DNA of 64,000 nt, taken from positions 33 to 64,032 of the IMG/VR virus record IMGVR_UViG_3300042519_002516, one strand, 5' to 3'. The translations under genes were made by a program, and so were the position numbers. The stretch is from a virus. Lineage: Duplodnaviria > Caudoviricetes. This document shows, piece by piece, positions 9,506-19,147 of this stretch (its first letter is position 1; each line of letters starts with the position of its first letter). The notes below the pieces were generated by a model. The model did no database searches. It was not told the DNA's origin and was given only the letters and a program-made list of their open reading frames with translations.

Positions 9506-9726
9506 GCTTGTGTTCTCGTGAGAGAGCACCGATCCGACCCCCTCTTGTCCGGCCCGCTCCGTGCCTGCTTAGCCCTAAACTAAGCGAATTCGGTTCTAAG
9601 GACACGTTGAACTAAGGAAAGGGATTTTGAAGCCAAGGGCCTATGCGCCCGTCGCCCGCTTCTGCGACGCCCCCGTTGTGTTTCCTATAACCTCCTTACT
9701 TCAACTCTCCTACCCACCCTTAGATT

Positions 9727-11052
9727 ATGGCTGTTAACGCCGGACAACTGTTCGTTCAAACCGATGGCACTACCGCTATCGACACCATCCTGACCCAAGA
9801 AGCTAACCGCATCGGTCAGGATATTCATCGCCGCACCGTCCACACTTCGCCGTGGATGGACCTCATCAAGCAGACCGCGTTTCCGGACGGCATGGGCTAT
9901 ACGCTCGGCACCTTGATCTATGATCGGGCGTTGCCGACGACCTCGGCCAACGGTTCGACGCTCGGACTCAGCTGGACCGCCGTCGGTGGGTCGGAAGCTG
10001 CGTCGCTTGCGACTGCCAGCACGCTTGACCAGATCCTCGTCGGCGCAAAGGACACGAACATCGGGCCGGCCTCTGGCAAGTCGTTCATCCAGTTCAGCCG
10101 CCAGCTCAAGCAGTACTCGCTGGAGCGCGCCGTTGTGGAATCTCCGCGCATCAACGTGGAGGACCTCCGCTTCGCCGCTTACCGGCAGGAGCAGCTCCGC
10201 GCGGTCATGGACTCGCTGACCGAAGCGACCAAGTACTCGTGGGAAGAGCGTTACCGCGACTCCTACGACAAGGTCTGCGCGAACCTCGTGCCTTGCTTGT
10301 CGGCCAGCACTCCGATTGTCACCACCATTGACGTCAGCGCCGGCACGAAGTTTGAAGGAGTCAACACCGTCAGTGTCGACCTCAACAACGACTTCGTTTC
10401 GAGCGGTGTCGACGTCGACTATACGCCTTCGGCCAACATCTCCAACAAGATCCTCGACCGGATCTCGATGCGGATGGTCCGGAGCGGTGCCGGTACGAAC
10501 GCCTACGGTCGTGAGAACGGTCGTCCGGTGCAGGCCCTCGTCCTCAGCTCGGAAGCCTCGTACTTCCTGCAAACCGAAGCCGGCTTCCGCGACGACGTTC
10601 GCTACAACGGCGCGAAGGTCAGCGAGCTCATCGCTCCGCTCGGTGTCGAGAAGTCCTTCCGTGGCTTCTACCACCTGATCGACGACATGGCTCCTCGCTT
10701 CACGGTGTCGAGCGGTACGCTGACCCGAGTCTATCCTTACGTTGCGGCTTCCGGCATCATCGCCGAGAACCCTTCGTACGAAACCGCCACCCTTGAGGCC
10801 GCCTACGTGCTGCACCAAGACGTGATGGAAGCGCAGATCCCTGAGCCTATCTCCGGTGCGTCCGGTCTGGTCTTCGACCCGACCAACTACCGTGGTAAGT
10901 TCACTTGGAAGAACATTCCGGATGCGATCATCAATCCGGACGGCACCATCGGCTTCTTCCGTGGCGTTCTCGCCAGCGCGACGAAGCCGGTCAAGACCGA
11001 GTTCGGCTACGTGCTGCTCTTCGACCGCACCAGCTCGACTCCGGCTGCATAA
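9727..11052 (+). CDS. Major capsid protein
   Basis: 441 aa, strongly biased codon usage, follows the scaffold, has its own promoter and a downstream terminator. Confidence 0.8.
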   Translation: MAVNAGQLFVQTDGTTAIDTILTQEANRIGQDIHRRTVHTSPWMDLIKQTAFPDGMGYTLGTLIYDRALPTTSANGSTLGLSWTAVGGSEAASLATASTLDQILVGAKDTNIGPASGKSFIQFSRQLKQYSLERAVVESPRINVEDLRFAAYRQEQLRAVMDSLTEATKYSWEERYRDSYDKVCANLVPCLSASTPIVTTIDVSAGTKFEGVNTVSVDLNNDFVSSGVDVDYTPSANISNKILDRISMRMVRSGAGTNAYGRENGRPVQALVLSSEASYFLQTEAGFRDDVRYNGAKVSELIAPLGVEKSFRGFYHLIDDMAPRFTVSSGTLTRVYPYVAASGIIAENPSYETATLEAAYVLHQDVMEAQIPEPISGASGLVFDPTNYRGKFTWKNIPDAIINPDGTIGFFRGVLASATKPVKTEFGYVLLFDRTSSTPAA

Positions 11053-11074
11053 GCAGGTTGCCCAAGCCCCCACT

Positions 11075-11115
11075 AAGCCCCTCCGGACCCCCATCCGGCG
11101 GGGCTTTTTGTTTTG
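11075..11115 (+). terminator. Rho-independent terminator after the capsid gene
   Basis: AAGCCCCTCCGGA...TCCGGCGGGGCTT stem followed by TTTGTTTTG. Confidence 0.8.
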
Positions 11116-11192
11116 CCTACATGCGTAATTGTCTTGACTCATCTTCATCATCAAGCGACAATACTGTCGCTACTTCCGACAGGGACTACTCT

Positions 11193-11903
11193 ATGGCTGC
11201 CAACGATACCCTCTCCCGCATGCTTGCCCGCATGAGCGGAAAAGAACTGGACGACGACGGCAACGAAGTCGGGCCGAACCAGTCCAGCATGAAGGATCTG
11301 AAAGACCGGCGTGCTGCCGCCAAGGAGGGAGAGAACCGCACCTATGCCGACGCCTACGCCCGCGTGACCAATCCGGCATCCAGAGAGCGGTCGTCGGATG
11401 CCGACAAGCGGAACGTGGGCGAGCAGGTAGGACGGCTGCGACAAGAGTCGGCCCCCGAAGTTGCCGCCGTGGAGCGGAATCAAATCGACCAAGCCGGCCG
11501 TCAGGAATCTATGGCCGAGAAAAGCCGTTCGGTGGAGTCCGACTTGGATCGGGTCTCCGCAGAGGCTGATGCGCAGTGGGCCAAAGAGGATGCTCAGAAG
11601 GAGCAAGACATCTCCCGCAAGGATTCGGCCCGCTACTTGGCTGCTTCGTCCCCCTCGAAGCTGGAGCGCACCACCGACGCGGAGCAACGCAACGGCTCCC
11701 CCAACACGACCATTGCCGCGCCGGCTGTCGACGACGCCCGCATGGCCGCGCTTTTCAAGACCGCCAACGGCGGGGATTTTGATCCAAAGTCCCGCACGGA
11801 CCGGCAGAAGATGGCTCACCTCAAGTTGCTGTTGGATAAAGATCCCGAGCTCGCCAAGCAGTCGGACACCAAGATTGCCCTTGCTTGGTACCGCACCATG
11901 TAA
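11193..11903 (+). CDS. Hypothetical virion-module protein
   Basis: Likely start MAANDTLSRML, downstream of TTGACT-17-GACAAT (11134-11162). The track's N-terminal extension overlaps the capsid gene and terminator. Confidence 0.65.
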   Translation: MAANDTLSRMLARMSGKELDDDGNEVGPNQSSMKDLKDRRAAAKEGENRTYADAYARVTNPASRERSSDADKRNVGEQVGRLRQESAPEVAAVERNQIDQAGRQESMAEKSRSVESDLDRVSAEADAQWAKEDAQKEQDISRKDSARYLAASSPSKLERTTDAEQRNGSPNTTIAAPAVDDARMAALFKTANGGDFDPKSRTDRQKMAHLKLLLDKDPELAKQSDTKIALAWYRTM

Positions 11904-11924
11904 TCCTGACCCCACCTTACCACC

Positions 11925-12143
11925 ATGCCTACCCTAGACGACGCCCCTATTGTTCCAGTCCTCGGCACCCTCGCTGCCGGAGACCTTGTGCAGATTTTTG
12001 ATGTGTCGGGCCAGAAGGCCCAGACGATCACTGTCGCCCAGCTGCTTGAGCAGGCCGTTGGCCTTCTGCCGACCAGCAACTCCGGTCTTGCCGTCGGCGA
12101 CCTCTGGCTGAATTCCGGCGTGCTCACCCGCAAGATGTCCTAA
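11925..12143 (+). CDS. Small virion or head-fibre-like protein
   Basis: 72 aa with a C-terminal GDLWLNSGVL motif. The N-terminus resembles that of 13490-14725 (M.TLDD.P). Confidence 0.6.
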   Translation: MPTLDDAPIVPVLGTLAAGDLVQIFDVSGQKAQTITVAQLLEQAVGLLPTSNSGLAVGDLWLNSGVLTRKMS

Positions 12144-12147
12144 TCTG

Positions 12148-12372
12148 ATGCCTGCCTACATTCCAATTCCTGAAGGCCTTGACGTTCCGGCCGGCGACAC
12201 GTTTGACCTGCCGGTGACGTTCGAGATCCGTGACAACATGCTCTACGCCCTAGCGGTAGACGGCATGCCGGTTCCGGAGGACGGCGAACCGGAAGCCGAT
12301 GAGGCCCCCGCCGAAGCCGAAGGAGGGGACATGGACTTTATGTCCGCCGTGGAAGCCGGCATGAAACGCTAA
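12148..12372 (+). CDS. Small acidic hypothetical protein
   Basis: 74 aa, tightly packed in the operon. Confidence 0.65.
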   Translation: MPAYIPIPEGLDVPAGDTFDLPVTFEIRDNMLYALAVDGMPVPEDGEPEADEAPAEAEGGDMDFMSAVEAGMKR

Positions 12373-12385
12373 CCTGTTTGACACC

Positions 12386-12538
12386 ATGAAAACTACTGTA
12401 TTGGGAATCCTCACCATCGTCATTGCCGTTGCCAACGCTGCGGTCAACCTGCTCAAAGGTCTGCCAATTGACATTGCGGCCACTGGCTCGGCTGTCGCTG
12501 CTGGCATCGGTCTAGTCAAGGCTGCTGACGCCAAATAA
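12386..12538 (+). CDS. Holin-like two-TM membrane protein (not in the ORF track)
   Basis: MKTTVLGILTIVIAVANAAVNLLKGLPIDIAATGSAVAAGIGLVKAADAK, 50 aa. Confidence 0.6.
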   Translation: MKTTVLGILTIVIAVANAAVNLLKGLPIDIAATGSAVAAGIGLVKAADAK

Positions 12539-12549
12539 CCCAACCCACT

Positions 12550-12693
12550 ATGAAGCTCGCCCTTGTACTCCTCTGCGGTGCCGTCTGCTCGTGCTCCAAC
12601 CTGAGCACGGCGGACGTCGAAATGGTCAACAAGTACTTCAAGGCCGCCCGTTCGGCCGAGACTGCTTGGGTCGAATTCAACTCCGGCAAGTAA
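12550..12693 (+). CDS. Small lipoprotein, possibly spanin-like (not in the ORF track)
   Basis: MKLALVLLCGAVCSCSNL...: signal peptide with a lipobox-like Cys, 47 aa. Confidence 0.55.
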   Translation: MKLALVLLCGAVCSCSNLSTADVEMVNKYFKAARSAETAWVEFNSGK

Positions 12694-12702
12694 GCTCCCG
12701 AG

Positions 12703-12870
12703 ATGCACGGACACCTGCCGGAGAAAGTCATTGGCTCCATCGCGCCTCTGTTAGGCGTGCTGACGAGCTTCCAGCAGGAGGTAGAGTACGGCCTGCGGGT
12801 TGCTTCCTTGTGCGTCGGCCTCATCATCGGCGCAGTGTCCCTCTACCGGATTCTTCGTCCACACAAGTAA
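12703..12870 (+). CDS. Small two-TM membrane protein, holin-like (not in the ORF track)
   Basis: MHGHLPEKVIGSIAPLLGVLTSFQQEVEYGLRVASLCVGLIIGAVSLYRILRPHK, with a basic C-terminus. Confidence 0.55.
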   Translation: MHGHLPEKVIGSIAPLLGVLTSFQQEVEYGLRVASLCVGLIIGAVSLYRILRPHK

Positions 12871-12885
12871 TCGCAGACCCTCCCT

Positions 12886-13419
12886 ATGCCCTACGCGACG
12901 ACCCACCGGATACGCCGCAAGGGCCTGCCTAAGCGGTTTAGCCGCATCGCCGGAGGCATCGACGGGCTCTCCGCTGAGTGGGACATCAAGATCGGACCGG
13001 ATGCTCCGGCCGCGAAGGTGCTGGTGTTCCGGACACGCACCCACATGCGGAAGTTCTACCGCGACGTGCTTCCGGCGTACAGCGGCAAGGCCGACAACCC
13101 TGAGGTTGCCTTAGGTAAGCGCACCTTGGGCTGCGTCTGCACCCTTGTCGTGACCCACATGCGTCCGGACGATCCGGAGGACGTGTTCACCGACGAGATC
13201 GACCAGAACTACTTCTGCTTGGTCTTGCTGGCCGAGGGGTTCCTTACGCCGGAGGTGCTTTGCCATGAGGCGGTACACGTTGGCTTCGCTTGGGATCGGC
13301 GAACCCGAGGCGAGAGCTTCCTCAGCGACCCGCATGATGGCGAGGAGAACGTCTGCTATCCAGCCGGCCGCTTCTACGCCGCAGTACGGGAGCAGATCGC
13401 TCAGGAAGGTCTGAGTTAA
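12886..13419 (+). CDS. Zincin-like (HExxH) hypothetical protein
   Basis: VLCHEAVHVG followed by GEENVCY. Confidence 0.6.
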   Translation: MPYATTHRIRRKGLPKRFSRIAGGIDGLSAEWDIKIGPDAPAAKVLVFRTRTHMRKFYRDVLPAYSGKADNPEVALGKRTLGCVCTLVVTHMRPDDPEDVFTDEIDQNYFCLVLLAEGFLTPEVLCHEAVHVGFAWDRRTRGESFLSDPHDGEENVCYPAGRFYAAVREQIAQEGLS

Positions 13420-13452
13420 TCCGGTTTGCTTTGTCCTTAAGCATTATCCGTC

Positions 13453-13481
13453 TTGACATCATTTCGGGTATTTCATACTCT
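13453..13481 (+). promoter_or_regulatory. Sigma70-like near-leaderless promoter
   Basis: TTGACA-17-TACTCT, 8 nt before ATG 13490. Confidence 0.7.
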
Positions 13482-13489
13482 ATCCCGAC

Positions 13490-14725
13490 ATGGCCACTCT
13501 CGATGACATCCCCTCATTGCCCTCATCCCTCAGCCTGAGTCTGGATGACTTGGTCGCGGTCTACGATATGGCCGACCGGCGTTCGCCGAAGAAGGCAGCA
13601 CTATCAGAGATTGCCGATCTGCTGGGGGAGGAGGCACCTACCCCCCTCGCCAGCGACACGGACAAACTCCTCTACTCGCCCACGATTGGCGAGGCGGTGA
13701 ATATCTACGGTGAAGGCGGACGGGTTGAGCGGTTCACCGGCAACCTTGCCGACCCGACGAAGTTCTTCATCGCGGGAGCGCCAGTGTTCGACTTCGACGT
13801 GGAAGGCGACAATGAGTTTATCAACCTCGACCTCAACGGCTATTGCCACGCCGGATCTGGAGACTTGGTGCAATATGACGCAACGGGGGCGCCAATTAGC
13901 TACATCCTTGGATCGTCCGGCGCTTGGGTTTGGTATCTCGGCAGCGGCACCGACCCCGTGCTCTACACCTCCACCGACGTTTGTGAGCACGTTTCGCAGG
14001 TGGTCAACTGGGTTCCCAACCCGACCTACCCGGAGCTTCCGCCCGCCCCCGCATTCACCGCATGGGACAACAGCGGGTTTGCTGTTGGCAACCTCGATGA
14101 TACCGACGCCACCGCAGCCGCAACTTATGGCGATAACCTGCCAATGCTTCCGCTGGAAATCTACGGTGGTCGCCTATCTTACGGCGCTCCCGGCGTAACA
14201 GTGGGCGGGGAGGCTGGTTCCTATTCCGCTCGGTGGCTTCCCGGCGACGGTTGGCAACTATACCTAGTGGACGGTATTTGGATCAGCGCCGAGGATGTGG
14301 CGTATCCGTGGTTGGTGGACAACTGGACACTGGAAACTCCGATTGAGGGGGTCACGGAGTCCATCACCGTCACCCGCGCCCCCGCCGCCAATCAGGACAA
14401 CTGGACGGTGTTGGATTCCACCATCGCGCTCTCGGTTGTTTATGCCGAGGGATCAGGCGATAGCCTAACAGTAGGGGAGGAAGTTTTTGACGGTGATACT
14501 TCCGACGCTCGTTTTATCGGGTGGTTCCGCCCTGACGCCATCCCGGTGCAATCCAGCATGGTCGATCAGACTTTTGTCCTTGGCGCGGTCATTGTCGACT
14601 ACGACACACCGACCGAGATGGCCGTGGCCGTCGATAAAAACCTTACACTGTCGGGATCGCCTCAATTTATCAGCACCATCATTACGGTGCGCCCACGGTC
14701 CTCTGTAGCCCTATCATTTGCCTAA
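13490..14725 (+). CDS. Putative tail fibre or receptor-binding protein
   Basis: 411 aa, acidic, aromatic and beta-rich, with an internal repeat (V..V.NW / YPWLVDNW). Followed by a chaperone-like gene. Confidence 0.5.
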   Translation: MATLDDIPSLPSSLSLSLDDLVAVYDMADRRSPKKAALSEIADLLGEEAPTPLASDTDKLLYSPTIGEAVNIYGEGGRVERFTGNLADPTKFFIAGAPVFDFDVEGDNEFINLDLNGYCHAGSGDLVQYDATGAPISYILGSSGAWVWYLGSGTDPVLYTSTDVCEHVSQVVNWVPNPTYPELPPAPAFTAWDNSGFAVGNLDDTDATAAATYGDNLPMLPLEIYGGRLSYGAPGVTVGGEAGSYSARWLPGDGWQLYLVDGIWISAEDVAYPWLVDNWTLETPIEGVTESITVTRAPAANQDNWTVLDSTIALSVVYAEGSGDSLTVGEEVFDGDTSDARFIGWFRPDAIPVQSSMVDQTFVLGAVIVDYDTPTEMAVAVDKNLTLSGSPQFISTIITVRPRSSVALSFA

Positions 14726-14726
14726 T

Positions 14727-15173
14727 ATGAAAATCTCCGTCCCAACCACTAATCCCGGGCGCGTCACTAAAATCCCCGGTGCACTCCCGCCTGTTGCAGC
14801 AGGTCGCGCCATCATTGAGCCGACCGAGGATCAACTAGTCGACCTCGCGGAGGGCAAGACCTACTGGACGCCAACCGGCGAAGGCACCGGCACACTCTCA
14901 GTGCCGCCCACCCGCGTCCCCGCCGAGATCCCCGCATGGAAAGGCCGCACCATCCTGCGCCTAACTCCTGCGGGCGAAGGCACACTCTGGGATGCGGTGC
15001 AAGCGGCTATCGCTGCGCTCCCGACCCAACAGAAGGTGGCAGCCGAGGAAGTGCTTGGCGGCACCGTCTGGGCGCGCAACTCCCCCACTCTCTCAGCTCT
15101 CGCCGCAGCACTCAGCCTCACCTCTGAACAAGTGGACGCGCTGTTTGTCGCTGCGGCAGCCATCGTTGGCTAG
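14727..15173 (+). CDS. Tail-fibre-associated (chaperone-like) protein
   Basis: C-terminal W.RNSP.L.ALAAALSLTSEQVDALFVAAA motif, commonly found downstream of phage fibre genes. Confidence 0.55.
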   Translation: MKISVPTTNPGRVTKIPGALPPVAAGRAIIEPTEDQLVDLAEGKTYWTPTGEGTGTLSVPPTRVPAEIPAWKGRTILRLTPAGEGTLWDAVQAAIAALPTQQKVAAEEVLGGTVWARNSPTLSALAAALSLTSEQVDALFVAAAAIVG

Positions 15174-15178
15174 CCAAA

Positions 15179-15679
15179 ATGATTACCATCGCCGAAGCCG
15201 TAGCCCAAGCCGCCGAAAGCAAGATCGGCGTACGTGAATCCGGAGGCCCGAATAAGGGTTCCGCTCTCAAGGATTTCTTTGAGGCGGATAGCTACGACCC
15301 TAACGGATCGGCGGCCGGCGACGACGGGTATCCTTGGTGCGCCGCGTTTGTTTGTTGGTGCGTTAAAGTCGCTGTGGCCGGCCGGCCCATCACATTCCAA
15401 AGGCCTACGACTCCGGCGGCCTACGGTTTGGAGACATGGTCCCTTGCCCAAGACCGGTCTACGTGGACCCTGAAACCGGCAGGAAGAGACATCAAAAGGG
15501 GAGACATCATCGTCTTCAACTTTAGCCATACCGGAATCGCGGTCAGTGCTCCGGACTACAGCGGTAACTTCTCCTGCGTCGAGGGCAATACCAATAAAGC
15601 CGGATCGAGGGAGGGTGACGGCGTATACCGTAAGGTCCGCAATATCTCCCAAGTCCGATCCCGTATCCGGTTTCGTTAA
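15179..15679 (+). CDS. CHAP-domain endolysin or peptidoglycan hydrolase
   Basis: YPWCAAFV (catalytic Cys), FSHTGIA (His), EGNTN. Confidence 0.85.
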   Translation: MITIAEAVAQAAESKIGVRESGGPNKGSALKDFFEADSYDPNGSAAGDDGYPWCAAFVCWCVKVAVAGRPITFQRPTTPAAYGLETWSLAQDRSTWTLKPAGRDIKRGDIIVFNFSHTGIAVSAPDYSGNFSCVEGNTNKAGSREGDGVYRKVRNISQVRSRIRFR

Positions 15680-15682
15680 CCC

Positions 15683-16888
15683 ATGATCTCCCAAGCTCCA
15701 GTCCGTCAGCTAACCAGAAAGTCCGTGACCCCTTTGGTCGCGGACATTCTGTTCTCGCAGACTGTTGACTGCTCCCGCGCCGAGATTCCGGAATACGGCA
15801 CCGCCCATCCGGATACGACACGCTGGCCCAACCACAAGTTCGTCTACTTCGAACCGCTGCAAGGCAAGGAGGCCGGCGGCCGCGAGGAGCTTTTCACGTT
15901 CTACTACGCTGCCGACAGGGAAAGTCAGGACGACTACAACTGGGAGGATGTCGAAGGTGCTTCGATGATCCGGACGTATCTTATCCCTAGGGATGAGTAT
16001 ACTAGGGAGGACGCTCCGACTGTCGGTACCGCCGACGAAGTGTTCGACATGTACGTGTTCGCTATGGAGACGGTGCAGCGCGTGCCGGAACCACTTGACT
16101 CGATGTATGTTGCCGTCAAGAGGGTCTACCTGCCTCCGGAGCGCACCGACCTTGAGTACAACGACACCTTTGAGCGCATCGTTGCAACCACTAGGCGCAT
16201 CGTACCCCACGGCGACGGCGTTGCGGTGTCGTCCGCCGGCTCCGTGACCGAGGTGCAGGACGTCAACACATGGTACGACCTTGAGATTACCCGCGAGATC
16301 CAACTTGTAGAGGAGGAGACGTTTCCGTATTCCTTGCCGGATCTTCCGGTGGATGTGCCTTACCGGTTTCCGCCGAGGCTGAACGCCGTCAACCTTGTGT
16401 GGGCCAACGCCTACGCCTTCGCTACTGGCCAGCCGGATTCCTACAGCGAGGACTACTACTTCGACCTAGACATTGATACTCCGTACGGCGGGCCTTACGA
16501 AGGCACCTTGCTCCGCTTCATTACCGACGATCCGGACGGGCTCCGCGCCACCTATCCGGTAATCAAGATCATGGCGAAGCAGGACAACCTCGCTGTTGTG
16601 GCCGCATGGTATTCCGCGTCGACCGACGGCAACTCCACCTTCGCCATTGCCCGAGAGGTCGACCTACCGGCTACGATCCACGACGAAATTGAAGTTACCA
16701 AGATCGCGGTGACTACGGAGACTGAGGAAGGCGAGCTCCAGTTCAAGGGTACCCTGCCGGCCACTCCGGACTACGATGCCATCGTTGCGGCTACCGAGAT
16801 GGTCGTAGGCTACGACGTTAAGAAGCTGCCGTTGAATCTGTACGAGGTCTCCATCACGCTCATCAACACCACCGGTCTTTACCCTTAA
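15683..16888 (+). CDS. Putative tail or structural protein
   Basis: 401 aa, acidic, located in the virion operon. Confidence 0.55.
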   Translation: MISQAPVRQLTRKSVTPLVADILFSQTVDCSRAEIPEYGTAHPDTTRWPNHKFVYFEPLQGKEAGGREELFTFYYAADRESQDDYNWEDVEGASMIRTYLIPRDEYTREDAPTVGTADEVFDMYVFAMETVQRVPEPLDSMYVAVKRVYLPPERTDLEYNDTFERIVATTRRIVPHGDGVAVSSAGSVTEVQDVNTWYDLEITREIQLVEEETFPYSLPDLPVDVPYRFPPRLNAVNLVWANAYAFATGQPDSYSEDYYFDLDIDTPYGGPYEGTLLRFITDDPDGLRATYPVIKIMAKQDNLAVVAAWYSASTDGNSTFAIAREVDLPATIHDEIEVTKIAVTTETEEGELQFKGTLPATPDYDAIVAATEMVVGYDVKKLPLNLYEVSITLINTTGLYP

Positions 16889-16894
16889 TCCCGT

Positions 16895-17452
16895 ATGGAT
16901 CAACCTGATTACTGGGGTATTTCTCCGAAGCCGCTCGCCCCACCGGAACCCGTATCCGTGTCCTCGGTAGCCTCCGAGGCTGCGATGAACCGCGAGTATG
17001 AGCGACCCACCCGCAGAGGGGAGCCGGTTAGATCCCCCGTGATGAGGGCGGGAGGTGCTTCGGAGCTCCATCCGTGGAAGCTGCGCCTCGTCGACGGCGA
17101 CTGGCAGGTCTACGGCACCGGAGCCACGGTAGAAAAACGATGGACCGGCGACACCCACACTGTCACCGGTCTGGACTCGGACCTTACCCTCGGTGTTGGG
17201 GACAACTACATCTACGCTCGCGCCACAGTGTCGTCAGGAGTGTTATCCGATTTCATCATCGACGTGGAGTCTGCCGCGCTGGATCGCGTGGTAAGCGCAG
17301 GAGGCGAGCAGACCGAACTAAACGTGCTGATTGGTAGTATCAACGGCGACTCCGCCATCCAGCGGCTCCGCGATCCGGTCAACGTAACCCTCGCTTGCGT
17401 TGCTGGCGTCCCCGCGTGGGTGCCACTTCTCAGTGAGGGGGTGATTCCATGA
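16895..17452 (+). CDS. Putative tail or structural protein
   Basis: 185 aa, coupled to the next gene by an ATGA overlap. Confidence 0.55.
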   Translation: MDQPDYWGISPKPLAPPEPVSVSSVASEAAMNREYERPTRRGEPVRSPVMRAGGASELHPWKLRLVDGDWQVYGTGATVEKRWTGDTHTVTGLDSDLTLGVGDNYIYARATVSSGVLSDFIIDVESAALDRVVSAGGEQTELNVLIGSINGDSAIQRLRDPVNVTLACVAGVPAWVPLLSEGVIP

Positions 17453-18156
17453 GCGAGGAACTTGACGTTGCCATTTCACCGCTGCGGGCTTGCGAGCCAA
17501 GCGGCACCGACTGGACACTGGAACAGCTTTGCAAATACGGCTGGGTGCCGAAAATCATCCGCATCAGCTACAAATTCGGGTTCAACGCGGCGGCTGACCA
17601 GTATCTCTACGATCATTACGAGGACTACGAGTTTCAGGGTGACGAGATAAGCCGCGTGTGTGCTCCCGAGTCATGGTTAGAGATTGGCGAGGGCGGATCG
17701 GGAGACAGGTGGGACGGGATGGAGTTCTTCGACGGGTCGGGGGTTCCAAACACGGAGCAGTTCGGACAGGGGATCGGGAGGCACGATGACGGGTTCCCTG
17801 TCTTCTTCCGGTTCCTCGGGTTCTCTGACGAATACATCTACGACTTTGAGGGGTATTTTTTCGATGGGATGCTCAACCGATACGACAGCCCCGGCGCGGA
17901 CGAGTTTCCAGACGCGCTGGAAATCGTCACCAAGGACAACGCGGGCGCGGATGTCTCGTTTTTTTATCCGCTCTACGGCACGCACAACGGGGCCGACTTC
18001 CCGTTCATGGAACCCGAGTTTGCAGGCCCTCCATACGGGTTCATTTTTGAGTCGGGCGACTTCATCAAATACGAGGTGCTCGAATGGTTGAGCTACGGCG
18101 GCGTGTGGGACACCACCACCGGAGAACTCCTCGCCGCAGACCCATGGAACCCATAG
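17449..18156 (+). CDS. Acidic, aromatic-rich hypothetical protein (tail-associated?)
   Basis: 235 aa, rich in F/Y/D/G. Confidence 0.55.
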   Translation: MSEELDVAISPLRACEPSGTDWTLEQLCKYGWVPKIIRISYKFGFNAAADQYLYDHYEDYEFQGDEISRVCAPESWLEIGEGGSGDRWDGMEFFDGSGVPNTEQFGQGIGRHDDGFPVFFRFLGFSDEYIYDFEGYFFDGMLNRYDSPGADEFPDALEIVTKDNAGADVSFFYPLYGTHNGADFPFMEPEFAGPPYGFIFESGDFIKYEVLEWLSYGGVWDTTTGELLAADPWNP

Positions 18157-18211
18157 CCCTTAATCCTTGACCCCCCTCCGGTTATCCGGTAGTATTCAAA
18201 CCATCTAGTCC

Positions 18212-19147
18212 ATGCCCGCCCTCACCCTAGACCAAGTCACCGCGACCTTGGGCTCCTATGTGGAGCCATCCGGCGACTTCACCGCGAGCCTCAACCAAGT
18301 TGTCGCCCGCATCTACTCGATGGGAACCTACAGGGATCTCACCGTGCAGTATAGCCTTCCGGTGGTCGACGGTTGCGTCACGCTGCCGGATGATGCCGAC
18401 GCCATCTTGCATGTGATGGTCGACGGCTATCCGGTACCGGTACGCTCGTTGTGGCATGACTTCCGCTCTGTCGGCAACAACACCACGGCAGCCGATGCCA
18501 GCTGGGGTTTGATTGATGCCGGCTACCATCCGACGACCCGCCTGTTGGAGGGGCCTATCGAGACCCTCTACATCGTACCATCTATCCAAGGTGTGTGGCC
18601 CGACCCGTTCAATCCGGATACCTCCGGCCTGCTCTATGTAACCGCCACCGACGGCGACAGGGTGTATGTGGGATCAATCGTCGACGAGACCGTTGTTTTT
18701 GAGGAGCCGGTAACAAACATCCTCAGCATCAAGTATGCCGACCTCGCCGGCCAGTTCGACCTGCGAACCGAGTTGGTTGACGCAGATACGGCCATTGCTA
18801 CTATCGGGGCGGCGAATGGATCGTCCGGTTCCGGCGCTTGCCGCTACCGCCGATTCCGGATCAACCGTTCGGTGGATGACGAGACGGTGGTGCATGTGCT
18901 CTGCAAGCGTGCCTTCGTTCCAGTGGAGTACGATGAGGATCTGATCTACGTCGGAAACATCAACGCCCTCAAGCACGGTCTGCTGGGCCGGATCGCGGAG
19001 GACAACGCCGACCTAGAGCGATCCGAGTTCCATTGGAACAAGTGCATGCAGCTGCTGGAGGAGGAGGCCTCGTCGACCCGAGGGGCCGCCATTCCGCGCC
19101 TGAACATCGACACCGGTGGCATCACGCCGGTGCGCCAGATGTACTAA
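18212..19147 (+). CDS. Putative tail tubular or adaptor protein
   Basis: 311 aa with helical termini and a beta-rich core. Promoter TTGACC-17-TAGTAT at 18167-18195. Confidence 0.5.
   Translation: MPALTLDQVTATLGSYVEPSGDFTASLNQVVARIYSMGTYRDLTVQYSLPVVDGCVTLPDDADAILHVMVDGYPVPVRSLWHDFRSVGNNTTAADASWGLIDAGYHPTTRLLEGPIETLYIVPSIQGVWPDPFNPDTSGLLYVTATDGDRVYVGSIVDETVVFEEPVTNILSIKYADLAGQFDLRTELVDADTAIATIGAANGSSGSGACRYRRFRINRSVDDETVVHVLCKRAFVPVEYDEDLIYVGNINALKHGLLGRIAEDNADLERSEFHWNKCMQLLEEEASSTRGAAIPRLNIDTGGITPVRQMY

Noticed and set aside
5234-11915. Long antisense ORFs opposite portal, capsid and other genes (5234-6619, 6839-7990, 9685-11154; also 39540-40817, 46585-47898)
   Set aside because: These are shadow frames expected from GC-rich codon bias. 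They have no recognisable motifs, unlike the antisense HNH inside the intein.
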